Positions 11,541 to 19,456 of a stretch of 64,000 bases of DNA are shown here, piece by piece. The stretch's first letter is position 1, and every line of letters begins with the position of its first letter. The stretch lies in the NCBI GenBank assembly GCA_016215325.1, contig JACRJV010000026.1:95955-159954 (forward strand), in the 5' to 3' direction. This DNA is from Candidatus Uhrbacteria bacterium. GTDB taxonomy: Bacteria; Patescibacteriota; Patescibacteriia; JACRJV01. A model generated the notes under the pieces. It was not told where the DNA came from and did no database searches. It saw only the letters and a list, made by a program, of their open reading frames with translations. A program made the position numbers and the translations under genes.

Positions 11541-12288
11541 AAAATGGGGTCAGCCACCAAATGAAAATGGGGTCAGCCACCATTTCTTGGCCTCCCAACC
11601 CCACGCACCGTTTGATCCAGTCCAAAGCGTTGAATCATTGTACTCTGCCATTCTGGTTCTCCAAAGGGCATGCTTTTTAGTACACTCCGTTGAATAGATT
11701 TTTCCTCATCTTCGGTCTGCGGCTTGTTAAGCCACGTGAGATACCCCCTACCCGGTGGAATGGGCCAGATAGACAATAACTTTTTTTGTTCATCGGAACC
11801 ATTCTCTCTTCTCCAAACACTTGACCACTTCCAATCTTCTGCCTTTTCTACAATGTTTGCCCGTTTTGCATTGCGCTCCACGTATCGAACCAATGTAAGA
11901 AAATATATATCGTCCTGCACGAGAAATGCCTTATAGCGACCTTGATACAAGTGGCCTTGTCCAATAGTTTCTTTTTGCGCGTGCCATCGGCGCGTATGCG
12001 TATTGGTGAGCCAGCCCATAAACTGAGAAAGATCCCCATCGTTCTGAGGATGCACCACTAGATGCCAATGATTTGGCATGACACAATATGCCAGTAAACG
12101 CATCTTGTACTTTTCGATCGCCTCCTCGAGGATTTCTTCGAACTGTTGGTAGTCTTTCTTATTATCAAAGATACGCACGCGAGCGTTAGCGCGATTGAGA
12201 ACGTGATAGATATAATCGCCAGCATCGACGCGTGCTAATCTGGGCATATGATAGCATTATATCATAATATGGTGACTGACCCTATTTT
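11541..12288 (-). mobile_element. HUH/RAYT transposase element bounded by 18-bp inverted repeats
   Basis: AAAATGGGGTCAGCCACC at 11541 and 11564; inverted 16/18 copy GGTGACTGACCCTATTTT at 12271-12288. Confidence 0.75.
11573..12247 (-). CDS. REP-associated tyrosine transposase (RAYT, Y1 HUH family)
   Basis: MPRLAR, YHVLNR, YCVMPNHWHL (HUH), GHLYQGRYK, YVERN, WKWSS. Confidence 0.93.
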   Translation of the reverse strand: MPRLARVDAGDYIYHVLNRANARVRIFDNKKDYQQFEEILEEAIEKYKMRLLAYCVMPNHWHLVVHPQNDGDLSQFMGWLTNTHTRRWHAQKETIGQGHLYQGRYKAFLVQDDIYFLTLVRYVERNAKRANIVEKAEDWKWSSVWRRENGSDEQKKLLSIWPIPPGRGYLTWLNKPQTEDEEKSIQRSVLKSMPFGEPEWQSTMIQRFGLDQTVRGVGRPRNGG

Positions 12289-12616
12289 TCATTTGGAACA
12301 AACCCAAAATGCCTGGCTCGAACCCATGCGAGAATGGATAAAAGAGGCCCAAACTATAGGTGCAATCGCAAGGAATGACGACCTCTTTGCGAAAAAGGTC
12401 ATCGCCAAAAAAATATTTGGCTCAAACCTCCGTTTGGGGACCCGAAATTTAACGCTCGAATCGATATCGGAGGGGGGAAATGTATTGAAAACCAAAGAGG
12501 AAACGCACTGGGCGGCCTTTGTGGCCGCCCGTGAAAAGTTTTTGCGTTGTCCGGAAATGGACGTTTGTATGATGTTGGTAGCCCCATGGGGATTCGAACC
12601 CCAGTTTTCTGGCTGA
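12289..12616 (+). pseudogene. Probable C-terminal remnant of a site-specific recombinase reading into the tRNA antisense
   Basis: NAWLEPMREWIKEA...KIFGSNLRL resembles, from recall, tails of CPR large serine recombinases; the frame runs across the tRNA 3' end; the 5' part is replaced by the RAYT element. Confidence 0.55.
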
Positions 12617-12653
12617 GAACCAGACGTCCTAGACCGGGCTAGACGATGAGGCC
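12576..12653 (-). tRNA. tRNA-Glu (anticodon CTC)
   Basis: GGCCTCA...TCTGG-TT-CTC-AG-CCAGA...GGTTCGAATCC...TGGGGCT-A-CCA cloverleaf with encoded CCA. Confidence 0.96.
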
Positions 12654-12670
12654 CCGAAAGACTGAACTTG

Positions 12671-12699
12671 AGTATACTCAAACGCTCGCGAATAGACAA
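12671..12699 (-). promoter_or_regulatory. tRNA promoter
   Basis: TTGTCT-N17-TATACT upstream of the tRNA 5' end. Confidence 0.7.
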
Positions 12700-12779
12700 T
12701 GACGGCTCGAACCCAGGGCGTACGCGGACACCGTGAACTCGAGCCGTCGGAATGAAAGTGAGGTCAGCCGTCGCCTGTG

Positions 12780-13073
12780 CTACGGCTTGCCCACGCCGGC
12801 CACGGCCTGGGCGTGCTGCTCCAGATCCGGGCGGGGATTGCCCGCATCGGTGGCGTTGGCGGATGTGGCGTCGACTTGGGCACCTAACGCGTCTTCGATG
12901 ACGTCGAACTTCCGGACTGTCGAAGCCAACTCCCGGAGCTTTCCTAGGGTGTACACCCTAGGCTCCTTGAACTCGTCGTCGACGAATTCCCAGTGGACGA
13001 TTCTGCCCTGATTGTCCTTCTTGAGGATCAGGGTGAGCCCTTTGGCCACGCTGATCTGCTCGATGAGAGTCAA
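12780..13073 (-). CDS. Hypothetical protein
   Basis: 97-aa ORF with GC3-biased codons, TTG start, no recognised motif. Confidence 0.45.
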   Translation of the reverse strand: MTLIEQISVAKGLTLILKKDNQGRIVHWEFVDDEFKEPRVYTLGKLRELASTVRKFDVIEDALGAQVDATSANATDAGNPRPDLEQHAQAVAGVGKP

Positions 13074-13126
13074 TGATAAATGAGTATGACAAAATCACTG
13101 GTGGCAGTCAACGACACGTACTATTA

Positions 13127-13159
13127 AATACACCGTCCAAATTCTTTGGACGGTGTATT
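13127..13159 (-). terminator. Intrinsic terminator after the Asn synthetase-like gene
   Basis: AATACACCGTCCAAA-TTC-TTTGGACGGTGTATT. Confidence 0.75.
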
Positions 13160-13187
13160 CGGATGGGAGAGGACACTCTGCGGTAGT

Positions 13188-14318
13188 CTAGATCAACGTC
13201 TCGCGGTTCAAGGGAAACGTCGTGCCATCCATCACATTCTCTGATCCTCTTACCCATTGAATGATCCGCGACATGCCAAAACCGCAGCCCGCGTGCGGGA
13301 CGCTCCCGGCACGAATACGCGAGAGGTACCACTCAAAGTCCTTGATATCGCCGCCCTTCTCCAGCAGCCGTTTGTACATCCGCGAGTTTAAGAGCCTCGC
13401 CTGCATTTGGTCGGCATCGTGCACCCGTGCTGCAGAACCCACCGACTCTCCCGAAAACGGGAGGATGAGATCTGAACTTAACACGCGTCCGGGGTTTTCT
13501 GGGTCTGGGAGCATATTAAAGAACTTTTCAACCTCGATGTGTTTGCCAAAGTCCACCATCGGGTCAGGATAGCGCGTGATAAACACGGGGGCATTGCCAT
13601 GGTGCTGGATGAGGATGCGTTCTAGGGCACTGCTGATGTCATCCCCCCATTCAATGCGGTTGCCGAGTTTTTGGAGCTCTTCGATCGCTTCGTCATACGT
13701 GATCCGATCAAACACTTTGGGGCAGGCTTTGAGGCGTTCGATGTCGGCCGCAATTAACCCTAAAGTCGCAGGGTCCTGGGCATTGGCAATATCTTGGGCA
13801 ATCGCATACACAAATCCATTGATGTAGCCCAGCAGGTCATCGAATGAGCCCGGGAATTCGATTTCCATCATTTGGAATTCTACTAAATGCCGTGCGTCGG
13901 CAATCGGTTCAGCGCGGAAGCTGGGACCAGAGCAATATACTTTCCCGAGTGTCGGCACTAACGCTTCCAGATAGAGTTGCCCTGTTTGCGAAAGGTACGC
14001 GCGCCGACCGTTGAACCACTTAGTATCCTCATCAACCGCTACTTCAAACAACGTATTCACGTTTTCGCACGCGCCACTGGCGCGCACCAGGTGCGGGGTC
14101 ATGACTTCCACAAATCCCTGACTTTCCAAGTACGACCGACCGCTTTTAAATACCGCCGCAACCAGCCGCGTGGCATCTAACCATGCCTTCGGAGCACCGA
14201 TGGATGGATCAACCGTCGTATGCGTGGGGTGGATCGGCAATGTCGGGGAAGCTGGCGTTGAAGTGACGGATTGCGTGAGTGTCGCGTTTGGTAAGATGGC
14301 TCCGGGTTGTGGGGACAT
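13188..14318 (-). CDS. AsnRS catalytic-core paralog, probable archaeal-type asparagine synthetase
   Basis: Class II motifs GFVEVMTP, YLSQTGQLYLE, SFRAE...RHLVEF, PHAGCGFGMSR; no N-terminal OB anticodon-binding domain. Confidence 0.8.
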   Translation of the reverse strand: MSPQPGAILPNATLTQSVTSTPASPTLPIHPTHTTVDPSIGAPKAWLDATRLVAAVFKSGRSYLESQGFVEVMTPHLVRASGACENVNTLFEVAVDEDTKWFNGRRAYLSQTGQLYLEALVPTLGKVYCSGPSFRAEPIADARHLVEFQMMEIEFPGSFDDLLGYINGFVYAIAQDIANAQDPATLGLIAADIERLKACPKVFDRITYDEAIEELQKLGNRIEWGDDISSALERILIQHHGNAPVFITRYPDPMVDFGKHIEVEKFFNMLPDPENPGRVLSSDLILPFSGESVGSAARVHDADQMQARLLNSRMYKRLLEKGGDIKDFEWYLSRIRAGSVPHAGCGFGMSRIIQWVRGSENVMDGTTFPLNRETLI

Positions 14319-14325
14319 AGAAGTT

Positions 14326-14363
14326 AAGAGATAAAGAGATAAGGAGATGAAGAGATAAAGAAT
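14326..14363. repeat. Octamer tandem array AAGAGATA
   Basis: aagagata aagagata aggagatg aagagata aagaata directly before the start codon; related array at 15217-15240. Confidence 0.75.
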
Positions 14364-14371
14364 ACGCTCAT

Positions 14372-14401
14372 AAAAAAAGACTCTCCGTCAACGGAGAGTC
14401 T
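14372..14401 (-). terminator. Intrinsic terminator in the leader of the Asn synthetase-like gene
   Basis: AGACTCTCCG-TTGA-CGGAGAGTCT followed by a T-tract on the minus strand. Confidence 0.85.
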
Positions 14402-14500
14402 GGAAAAACGAAACAATGAGTTGTTGCGCGGTATCGTACTGGCACTGGTGATTGAAGAACCTCACAGGTTTCTTATCATGGATTTATGTACAAATTACAT

Positions 14501-14549
14501 AGTATAATAGCACAACTATTGATTCTGTCAAGGGCCTTGGTTATCCACA
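14501..14549 (-). promoter_or_regulatory. Promoter with adjacent DnaA-box match
   Basis: TTGACA (14526-31), TGcTATTAT/TATACT (14501-12); TTATCCACA at 14541-49. Confidence 0.7.
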
Positions 14550-14554
14550 CTCAA

Positions 14555-15208
14555 CTACAACGCCTTTGCGGCCGGAACGCCAGTTTGGCCTACCAAATAC
14601 CCACGGACCTTGTCGTACATCTCTGCGGTGATCATACCGCTCTCTTTGTAATACGCCAACATATCCGAAAGCGTCATCACGGCATGGAGCGTCACCCCGT
14701 GCTCCTTGAGCTCCGCCGTTCCGCCTTGTTCGCGATCCACCAATACCACAACATCGTTGACCACGAGCCCTGCCTCGCGCAGGGCATTCGCGCCTTCGAC
14801 TTTGGTATCAGCCTTGGTAACCAAATCGTCGACCATCAAGGCGGTCTGCCCTTTTTGGAAGACGCCTTCAATTTTAGCACTAATCCCATGGGTTTTGGTG
14901 TCTTTCTTCGGGGTAATCATCGGGATATCGGTACGATCCATGAGCAACGTTGCAATCGGTGTGGCAGCCGTTGGTAAGTCTGCCAACACATCGCATTTGA
15001 TTCCATCGCGCGCCATCATCGCCTTGAGTTCATCCACGGCCAAGCGGATGGCATACGGGAACGACCGAAGCACGCGAAGATCGACATAGATCGGCGAAAG
15101 TGGAGCATCGGGGTTGGTCTCGTGGAGTTTGAGCTTAAACGCGCCGAACTTTACCGACCCGATATCGAACAGTGCTTTCGCGAACTTTTGACTTGTTTCG
15201 GTGAGCAT
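14555..15208 (-). CDS. pyrE: Orotate phosphoribosyltransferase
   Basis: FGAFKLK, SPIYVDLR, PRPP motif MVDDLVT, LVDREQGG. Confidence 0.93.
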   Translation of the reverse strand: MLTETSQKFAKALFDIGSVKFGAFKLKLHETNPDAPLSPIYVDLRVLRSFPYAIRLAVDELKAMMARDGIKCDVLADLPTAATPIATLLMDRTDIPMITPKKDTKTHGISAKIEGVFQKGQTALMVDDLVTKADTKVEGANALREAGLVVNDVVVLVDREQGGTAELKEHGVTLHAVMTLSDMLAYYKESGMITAEMYDKVRGYLVGQTGVPAAKAL

Positions 15209-15245
15209 AGACGTGGGAGATAAAGATATGAAGATATTAGGGGTG

Positions 15246-16130
15246 TTAAGATTGATTGAACTGCGTAATATCATCGTGCATTTTTTGGGCCACTGCTCTT
15301 GCGGCCAGGGCAAAATCGGGGCCACTCGATGCGAATAGTACTCCACTGGAATTATTGATGATCATCCCCTGCTTTTTGGCATTGCGGCCATTCTTGACCG
15401 CTTTTTCCAAATCCCCTCCTTGTTTGCCAATACCGGGGATGAGCAATGGCATATCGCCCACGAGTTGACGAATGATGCCAAGTTCTTCGGGATACGTCGC
15501 GCCAGCAACAATAGCACAATTGCCATTTGAGTTCCACACTTCTGATACTTGTTTTGCAACCACCTGATATAATATCGCACTGTCCAAAGCTGGCTTCACT
15601 GGATTTACCGGCTTTACCGGCGAGCTGATCGTAAGATCCTGGAACTCCCCTGCCCCGGGGTTTGAGGTCCGAGCGAGCACAATGATCATTTTATCGGCAC
15701 GATCCAAAAAGGGCTTGAGGGCCTCTTTGCCGAGATACGGATGCACCGTGATCGCATCCGCCCCCAGCCAATCAAACGCGAATTTCACGTACCCATTGTT
15801 GGTATTGCCAATGTCCGCCCTCTTGGCATCAAGGATCAAGGGGACCTCCGGAGCTTTTTCATGAATGAAATCCACGGTGCGCTTGAGCACAGAGATCCCG
15901 CAGGTGCCGAGCGCCTCATAAAATGCGCTGTTCGGCTTATAAGCGCAGACAATATCTTTGGTCGCCTCAATAATCTCGGCATTAAAATCCACAATCGCGT
16001 CTTCCTCAAAATCCGGTTCCTTTTTAAGGTGCGGCGGGAGTTTTTCGTAATCACTATCAAGCCCCACGCACACAAACTTCCCTTCAGCCCAACGGGCATT
16101 GAATAATTCCATGGCGTTACGATCGGACAT
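15246..16130 (-). CDS. pyrF: Orotidine 5'-phosphate decarboxylase
   Basis: CVGLD, YKPNSAFYE, DAKRADIGNT, RTSNPGA, GATYPEE, PGIGKQGG. Confidence 0.96.
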   Translation of the reverse strand: MSDRNAMELFNARWAEGKFVCVGLDSDYEKLPPHLKKEPDFEEDAIVDFNAEIIEATKDIVCAYKPNSAFYEALGTCGISVLKRTVDFIHEKAPEVPLILDAKRADIGNTNNGYVKFAFDWLGADAITVHPYLGKEALKPFLDRADKMIIVLARTSNPGAGEFQDLTISSPVKPVNPVKPALDSAILYQVVAKQVSEVWNSNGNCAIVAGATYPEELGIIRQLVGDMPLLIPGIGKQGGDLEKAVKNGRNAKKQGMIINNSSGVLFASSGPDFALAARAVAQKMHDDITQFNQS

Positions 16131-16155
16131 AAACGATGATAAAAAATCTTAAATT

Positions 16156-16521
16156 TTATTGCGGCTCTCTTTCTTGCTCTTTCAAAAGCTCGAGCACCTT
16201 CGCCTTCGCGCGTTCGAGCACGGCTTTTGCCTCAGCGCTGCTCCATCGGGCTTGAGGGATTTCTTCTCGGATGACAATTTCGGTATAGGCATTGGCCATA
16301 ATCTCTTGCAGTTCCGGCCGCGGCGTTATGTTGTTGGTGGACTCTGCGAGTTTCCCGATCGCTCGATCAACCGCTGTTTCGATAACAGTGTCGGGGACTG
16401 TTTGGAGTTCGTGGGTTTTTGCTTCAATAACTCCACCGTGATCAGGCCCAGCAACAGTCATCGCCGGGGTCTCGGCATCCTCGTTCGAATGAAGCCATTC
16501 GGGGATCGGAGCATCTTGCAT
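16156..16521 (-). CDS. Hypothetical protein
   Basis: 121-aa acidic helical ORF co-oriented with pyrF. Confidence 0.6.
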   Translation of the reverse strand: MQDAPIPEWLHSNEDAETPAMTVAGPDHGGVIEAKTHELQTVPDTVIETAVDRAIGKLAESTNNITPRPELQEIMANAYTEIVIREEIPQARWSSAEAKAVLERAKAKVLELLKEQEREPQ

Positions 16522-16613
16522 ACGCTCGTAATATTATTGTGTTTAAAGAAAGGACCTTGATCTTTATTGAGCACTCATTATACTGGAAGTACTATCATTC
16601 ACCACACTCTACT

Positions 16614-16886
16614 ATGGGAGCCGAAATGCCTCAATCTCTTCCAGAGCAAGAAATAACGGACAGAATCAAAGAGTTCACCCGCGGGATGGCCCCCCTTGTA
16701 GGGTCCCCGGAATCCATCGCAGAACATTCTACGGAAATTCAGGGATTATTGGATCGTTTCCAAGGGCTCATTATTCAAATGGAGAGTGACGCCGTACTCA
16801 TGAGTAAACCCTATGGACCAACATTGTTAGATTCTGCAAAAACAGCACGGAGAGGGTATGTGGAAACTCTCAATAAAGCCGTGTAG
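16614..16886 (+). CDS. Hypothetical protein
   Basis: About 90-aa helical ORF filling the gap. Confidence 0.5.
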   Translation: MGAEMPQSLPEQEITDRIKEFTRGMAPLVGSPESIAEHSTEIQGLLDRFQGLIIQMESDAVLMSKPYGPTLLDSAKTARRGYVETLNKAV

Positions 16887-16918
16887 GTGGCAAAAGAACG
16901 ATCAAACTAACGTCGGTC

Positions 16919-17845
16919 TTACGCCCCATGCGCCACCCCGATCAATTCTTTAATATCGGTGATATTGTTTTGATCCATATAGTCCAATAGTTGCTGCTTG
17001 AGCTCAACGATCACTTTCATGCCTTTGGTGTACGTCACGGTGCCGATCCCCACGAGCGCAGAACCCGCCATAAACATTTGGACAATATCGGTAACTGTCG
17101 AAACTCCGCCCATCCCAATTATCGGAATGTTTACGGCATTGTAAATTTCGTACACGCATCGCACGGCAATGGGCAAAATCGCCGGGCCGCTGACGCCCCC
17201 CATCTTGGCGCCAATGATGGGCTTCCTCTTTTTAATATCAATAATCATCCCCGGGCCGGCGGTATTAATGGCGGTGATGCCATCGGCGCCGCCGTCTGCG
17301 CAAGCCTTGGCGATCTCCGCAATGTTGGTCACATTGGGCGAAAGTTTTGCAATCACCGGAATAGATCCAGAAATTTTTTTTACCTCTGCCACAATCTGCC
17401 CGGCCGCGCCCTTTTCCATGCCGAGGGGTTTACCAAATTCATCATCCACATTCGGACAAGAAAGATTAAGTTCGATCGCTGCGGGGGCTTGAGGCACAAT
17501 CTTCTCCACGAGATACAAAAATTCTTTTATCTTGGTTGCGAACAAACTCACAATAATCGGCGCTTGGGCGCCATAGGTTTTGATAAACTCTCCAGCCTCT
17601 TTACTCCCCTCTTCGATACCAGCGTTTCGCAGACCCACCGAATTAATGAGTCCCGCATCGTATTTCCAAAGCCGCGGCAAAGGGTTGCCTTCTCGTCGCT
17701 CAAACGTAAATGATTTGAGCGTGATGCCGCCATAGCCCGCTTCCACGGCCCGCTTATGCTCGGCCGTTTCAGTCACAATACCAGAGGGTAAAATAAAGGG
17801 ATTTTCGAACAAAACTTCGAAAACGTTGGTCGCAAGGGTGGCCAT
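16919..17845 (-). CDS. pyrD: Dihydroorotate dehydrogenase, family 1
   Basis: REGNPLPR, INSVGLRN, ELNLSCPNV, KLSPNVT, GGVSGPAILP. Confidence 0.95.
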   Translation of the reverse strand: MATLATNVFEVLFENPFILPSGIVTETAEHKRAVEAGYGGITLKSFTFERREGNPLPRLWKYDAGLINSVGLRNAGIEEGSKEAGEFIKTYGAQAPIIVSLFATKIKEFLYLVEKIVPQAPAAIELNLSCPNVDDEFGKPLGMEKGAAGQIVAEVKKISGSIPVIAKLSPNVTNIAEIAKACADGGADGITAINTAGPGMIIDIKKRKPIIGAKMGGVSGPAILPIAVRCVYEIYNAVNIPIIGMGGVSTVTDIVQMFMAGSALVGIGTVTYTKGMKVIVELKQQLLDYMDQNNITDIKELIGVAHGA

Positions 17846-17904
17846 AGGAGCTTGATGAAAGCGATGATGCACGATATACTGATAATATCCTTGTTTTCAA
17901 TTCT

Positions 17905-18093
17905 ATGCAAGAATTTCGTTGCCGCGTTGACCATAAATTGCTGCTCAAGGCATGTTTGGTCGATGCCGATGTCGAGATTAAATGCCGCAGTTGCGGCACC
18001 ATGAATCTCTTCAAAAAACATGAGCATGTGGATCCAACGATGCTCTGTTACAAAGAAGGATGCCCCAATCGCGTTCAGCAACCGGCGACGTAA
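17905..18093 (+). CDS. Com-like zinc-ribbon protein
   Basis: EFRCRVDHKLL...VEIKCRSCGTMN matches the phage Mu Com pattern (E.RC..C.KLL...IKC.RC...N); extra C-terminal CYKEGC. Confidence 0.75.
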   Translation: MQEFRCRVDHKLLLKACLVDADVEIKCRSCGTMNLFKKHEHVDPTMLCYKEGCPNRVQQPAT

Positions 18094-18160
18094 ATGTCCT
18101 GCCTACATAAACAGAGCCCCGGCGATACCGATGACGCCCTCGCACAACGAAGCATTCAAT

Positions 18161-18188
18161 GCTCATGCGATACATGAGTTTTCTTTTT
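18161..18188 (+). terminator. Terminator-like hairpin immediately before the desulfurase start
   Basis: GCTCATG-CGATA-CATGAGT then TTTCTTTTT, 5 nt before ATG 18194. Confidence 0.5.
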
Positions 18189-18193
18189 GGTTT

Positions 18194-19411
18194 ATGGATC
18201 TACAAAAACTCCGCAATGACTTCCCACTCCTGGCTTCGCCTTCGAACAAGCCAGTGATGTATTTTGACAATGCGTGCATGAGTTTGAAGCCCCGAGCAGT
18301 GATCAACGCAATGAACCAATATTATGAACAGTTCCCCGCCTGCGGCGGCCCTGGCCGCAGCGGCCATGCGCTGGGGGCCCGCGTCCGGGAGGCAGTCGAT
18401 CAGTCGCGCCAAACAATCGCACGCGCCATCGGCGCCCAACACCCCAATGAGATTATCTTCACCCGCAACACCACAGAGAGCATCAACCTCGTTGCCCGCA
18501 GTTTCCGTTGGAACGCCGGCGATGTCGTGCTCACCACCGACAAAGAGCATAACTCTAATTTGATCCCGTGGCTCAATACCCGGAGGTTGTCCAACATCCG
18601 GCATGCCGTAATCCCGTCCCTGCCGGACAACACATTCGATTTAAGCGCGTTCGAGCAGCTGCTCAAACTGGGCTCCGTCCGGCTCGTGAGTGTTGGCCTC
18701 GTCTCCAATCTCGATGGCGTGCGCGTCCCTATTGCTGAAATCATCAAACGCGCTCACGCCGCCGGCGCAATGGTCATGGTTGATGCGGCACAGGCGATGC
18801 TCCATTCCCCCCTAAACGTCCAAGCGCTTGGTGTCGACTTCCTCGCATTCTCCGGCCATAAAATGCTCGGGCCCACCGGTACGGGCGTTTTGTATGGTAA
18901 ACGGGAGCTGCTCGAAAATCTCGAACCATTCCTACTGGGCGGCGATACCGTGAGCGCAACAACCTATACCGATTTCCAACTCTTGGACGTGCCAGAGCGT
19001 TTTGAAGCAGGACTCCAAGACTACGCCGGCATCATCGGCCTAGGGGCAGCAATGGAGTACCTGCAATCCATTGGTTGGCCATTCATTGAGTCGCAGGATC
19101 AGCAGATGAATCGGATCATCACAGAAGGGATTGCCCACCTAAAAGGAGTACACATGATCGGACCAGCTGATCCGGCCCTTCGTGGCGGCATTGTGGCATT
19201 TACCATCAAGGGCATGGACCATCACCAAGTGGCGGTGATGCTCGAGCAGATGAACGCCATTCTTGTGCGGTCTGGCCAACACTGTGTACACTCTTGGTTT
19301 GGGAGCCGCGGCATCCCCGGCTCGGTACGCGCTTCGGTGGCCTTCTACAACACTGTCGACGAAGCCGAGCAGTTTGTGCAAGCCATGGAAAAAATAACGA
19401 CGTTGCTCTAA
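18194..19411 (+). CDS. sufS: Cysteine desulfurase, SufS/CsdA type
   Basis: YFDNA, FTRNTTESIN, EHNSN, DAAQ, FSGHKMLGPTG (PLP Lys), RSGQHC (catalytic Cys). Confidence 0.9.
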   Translation: MDLQKLRNDFPLLASPSNKPVMYFDNACMSLKPRAVINAMNQYYEQFPACGGPGRSGHALGARVREAVDQSRQTIARAIGAQHPNEIIFTRNTTESINLVARSFRWNAGDVVLTTDKEHNSNLIPWLNTRRLSNIRHAVIPSLPDNTFDLSAFEQLLKLGSVRLVSVGLVSNLDGVRVPIAEIIKRAHAAGAMVMVDAAQAMLHSPLNVQALGVDFLAFSGHKMLGPTGTGVLYGKRELLENLEPFLLGGDTVSATTYTDFQLLDVPERFEAGLQDYAGIIGLGAAMEYLQSIGWPFIESQDQQMNRIITEGIAHLKGVHMIGPADPALRGGIVAFTIKGMDHHQVAVMLEQMNAILVRSGQHCVHSWFGSRGIPGSVRASVAFYNTVDEAEQFVQAMEKITTLL

Positions 19412-19456
19412 CAATTTTTACCGCGATTCATTAGACATGAGAAATTTTGCAGGAGT

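Noticed and set aside
11573-12247. IS200/IS605 element with TnpB
   Set aside because: No tnpB; length and C-terminal motifs (YVERN, WKWSS) fit RAYT rather than IS200 TnpA.
13188-14318. Canonical asparaginyl-tRNA synthetase (asnS)
   Set aside because: The anticodon-binding OB domain is absent and there is no upstream frame that could supply it.
14541-14549. Replication origin
   Set aside because: Only one perfect DnaA box here (weak matches near 25512 and 51678); no cluster and no dnaA/dnaN.
17905-18093. Mu-like prophage
   Set aside because: No mom/methylase, transposase or structural phage genes near the Com-like ORF.
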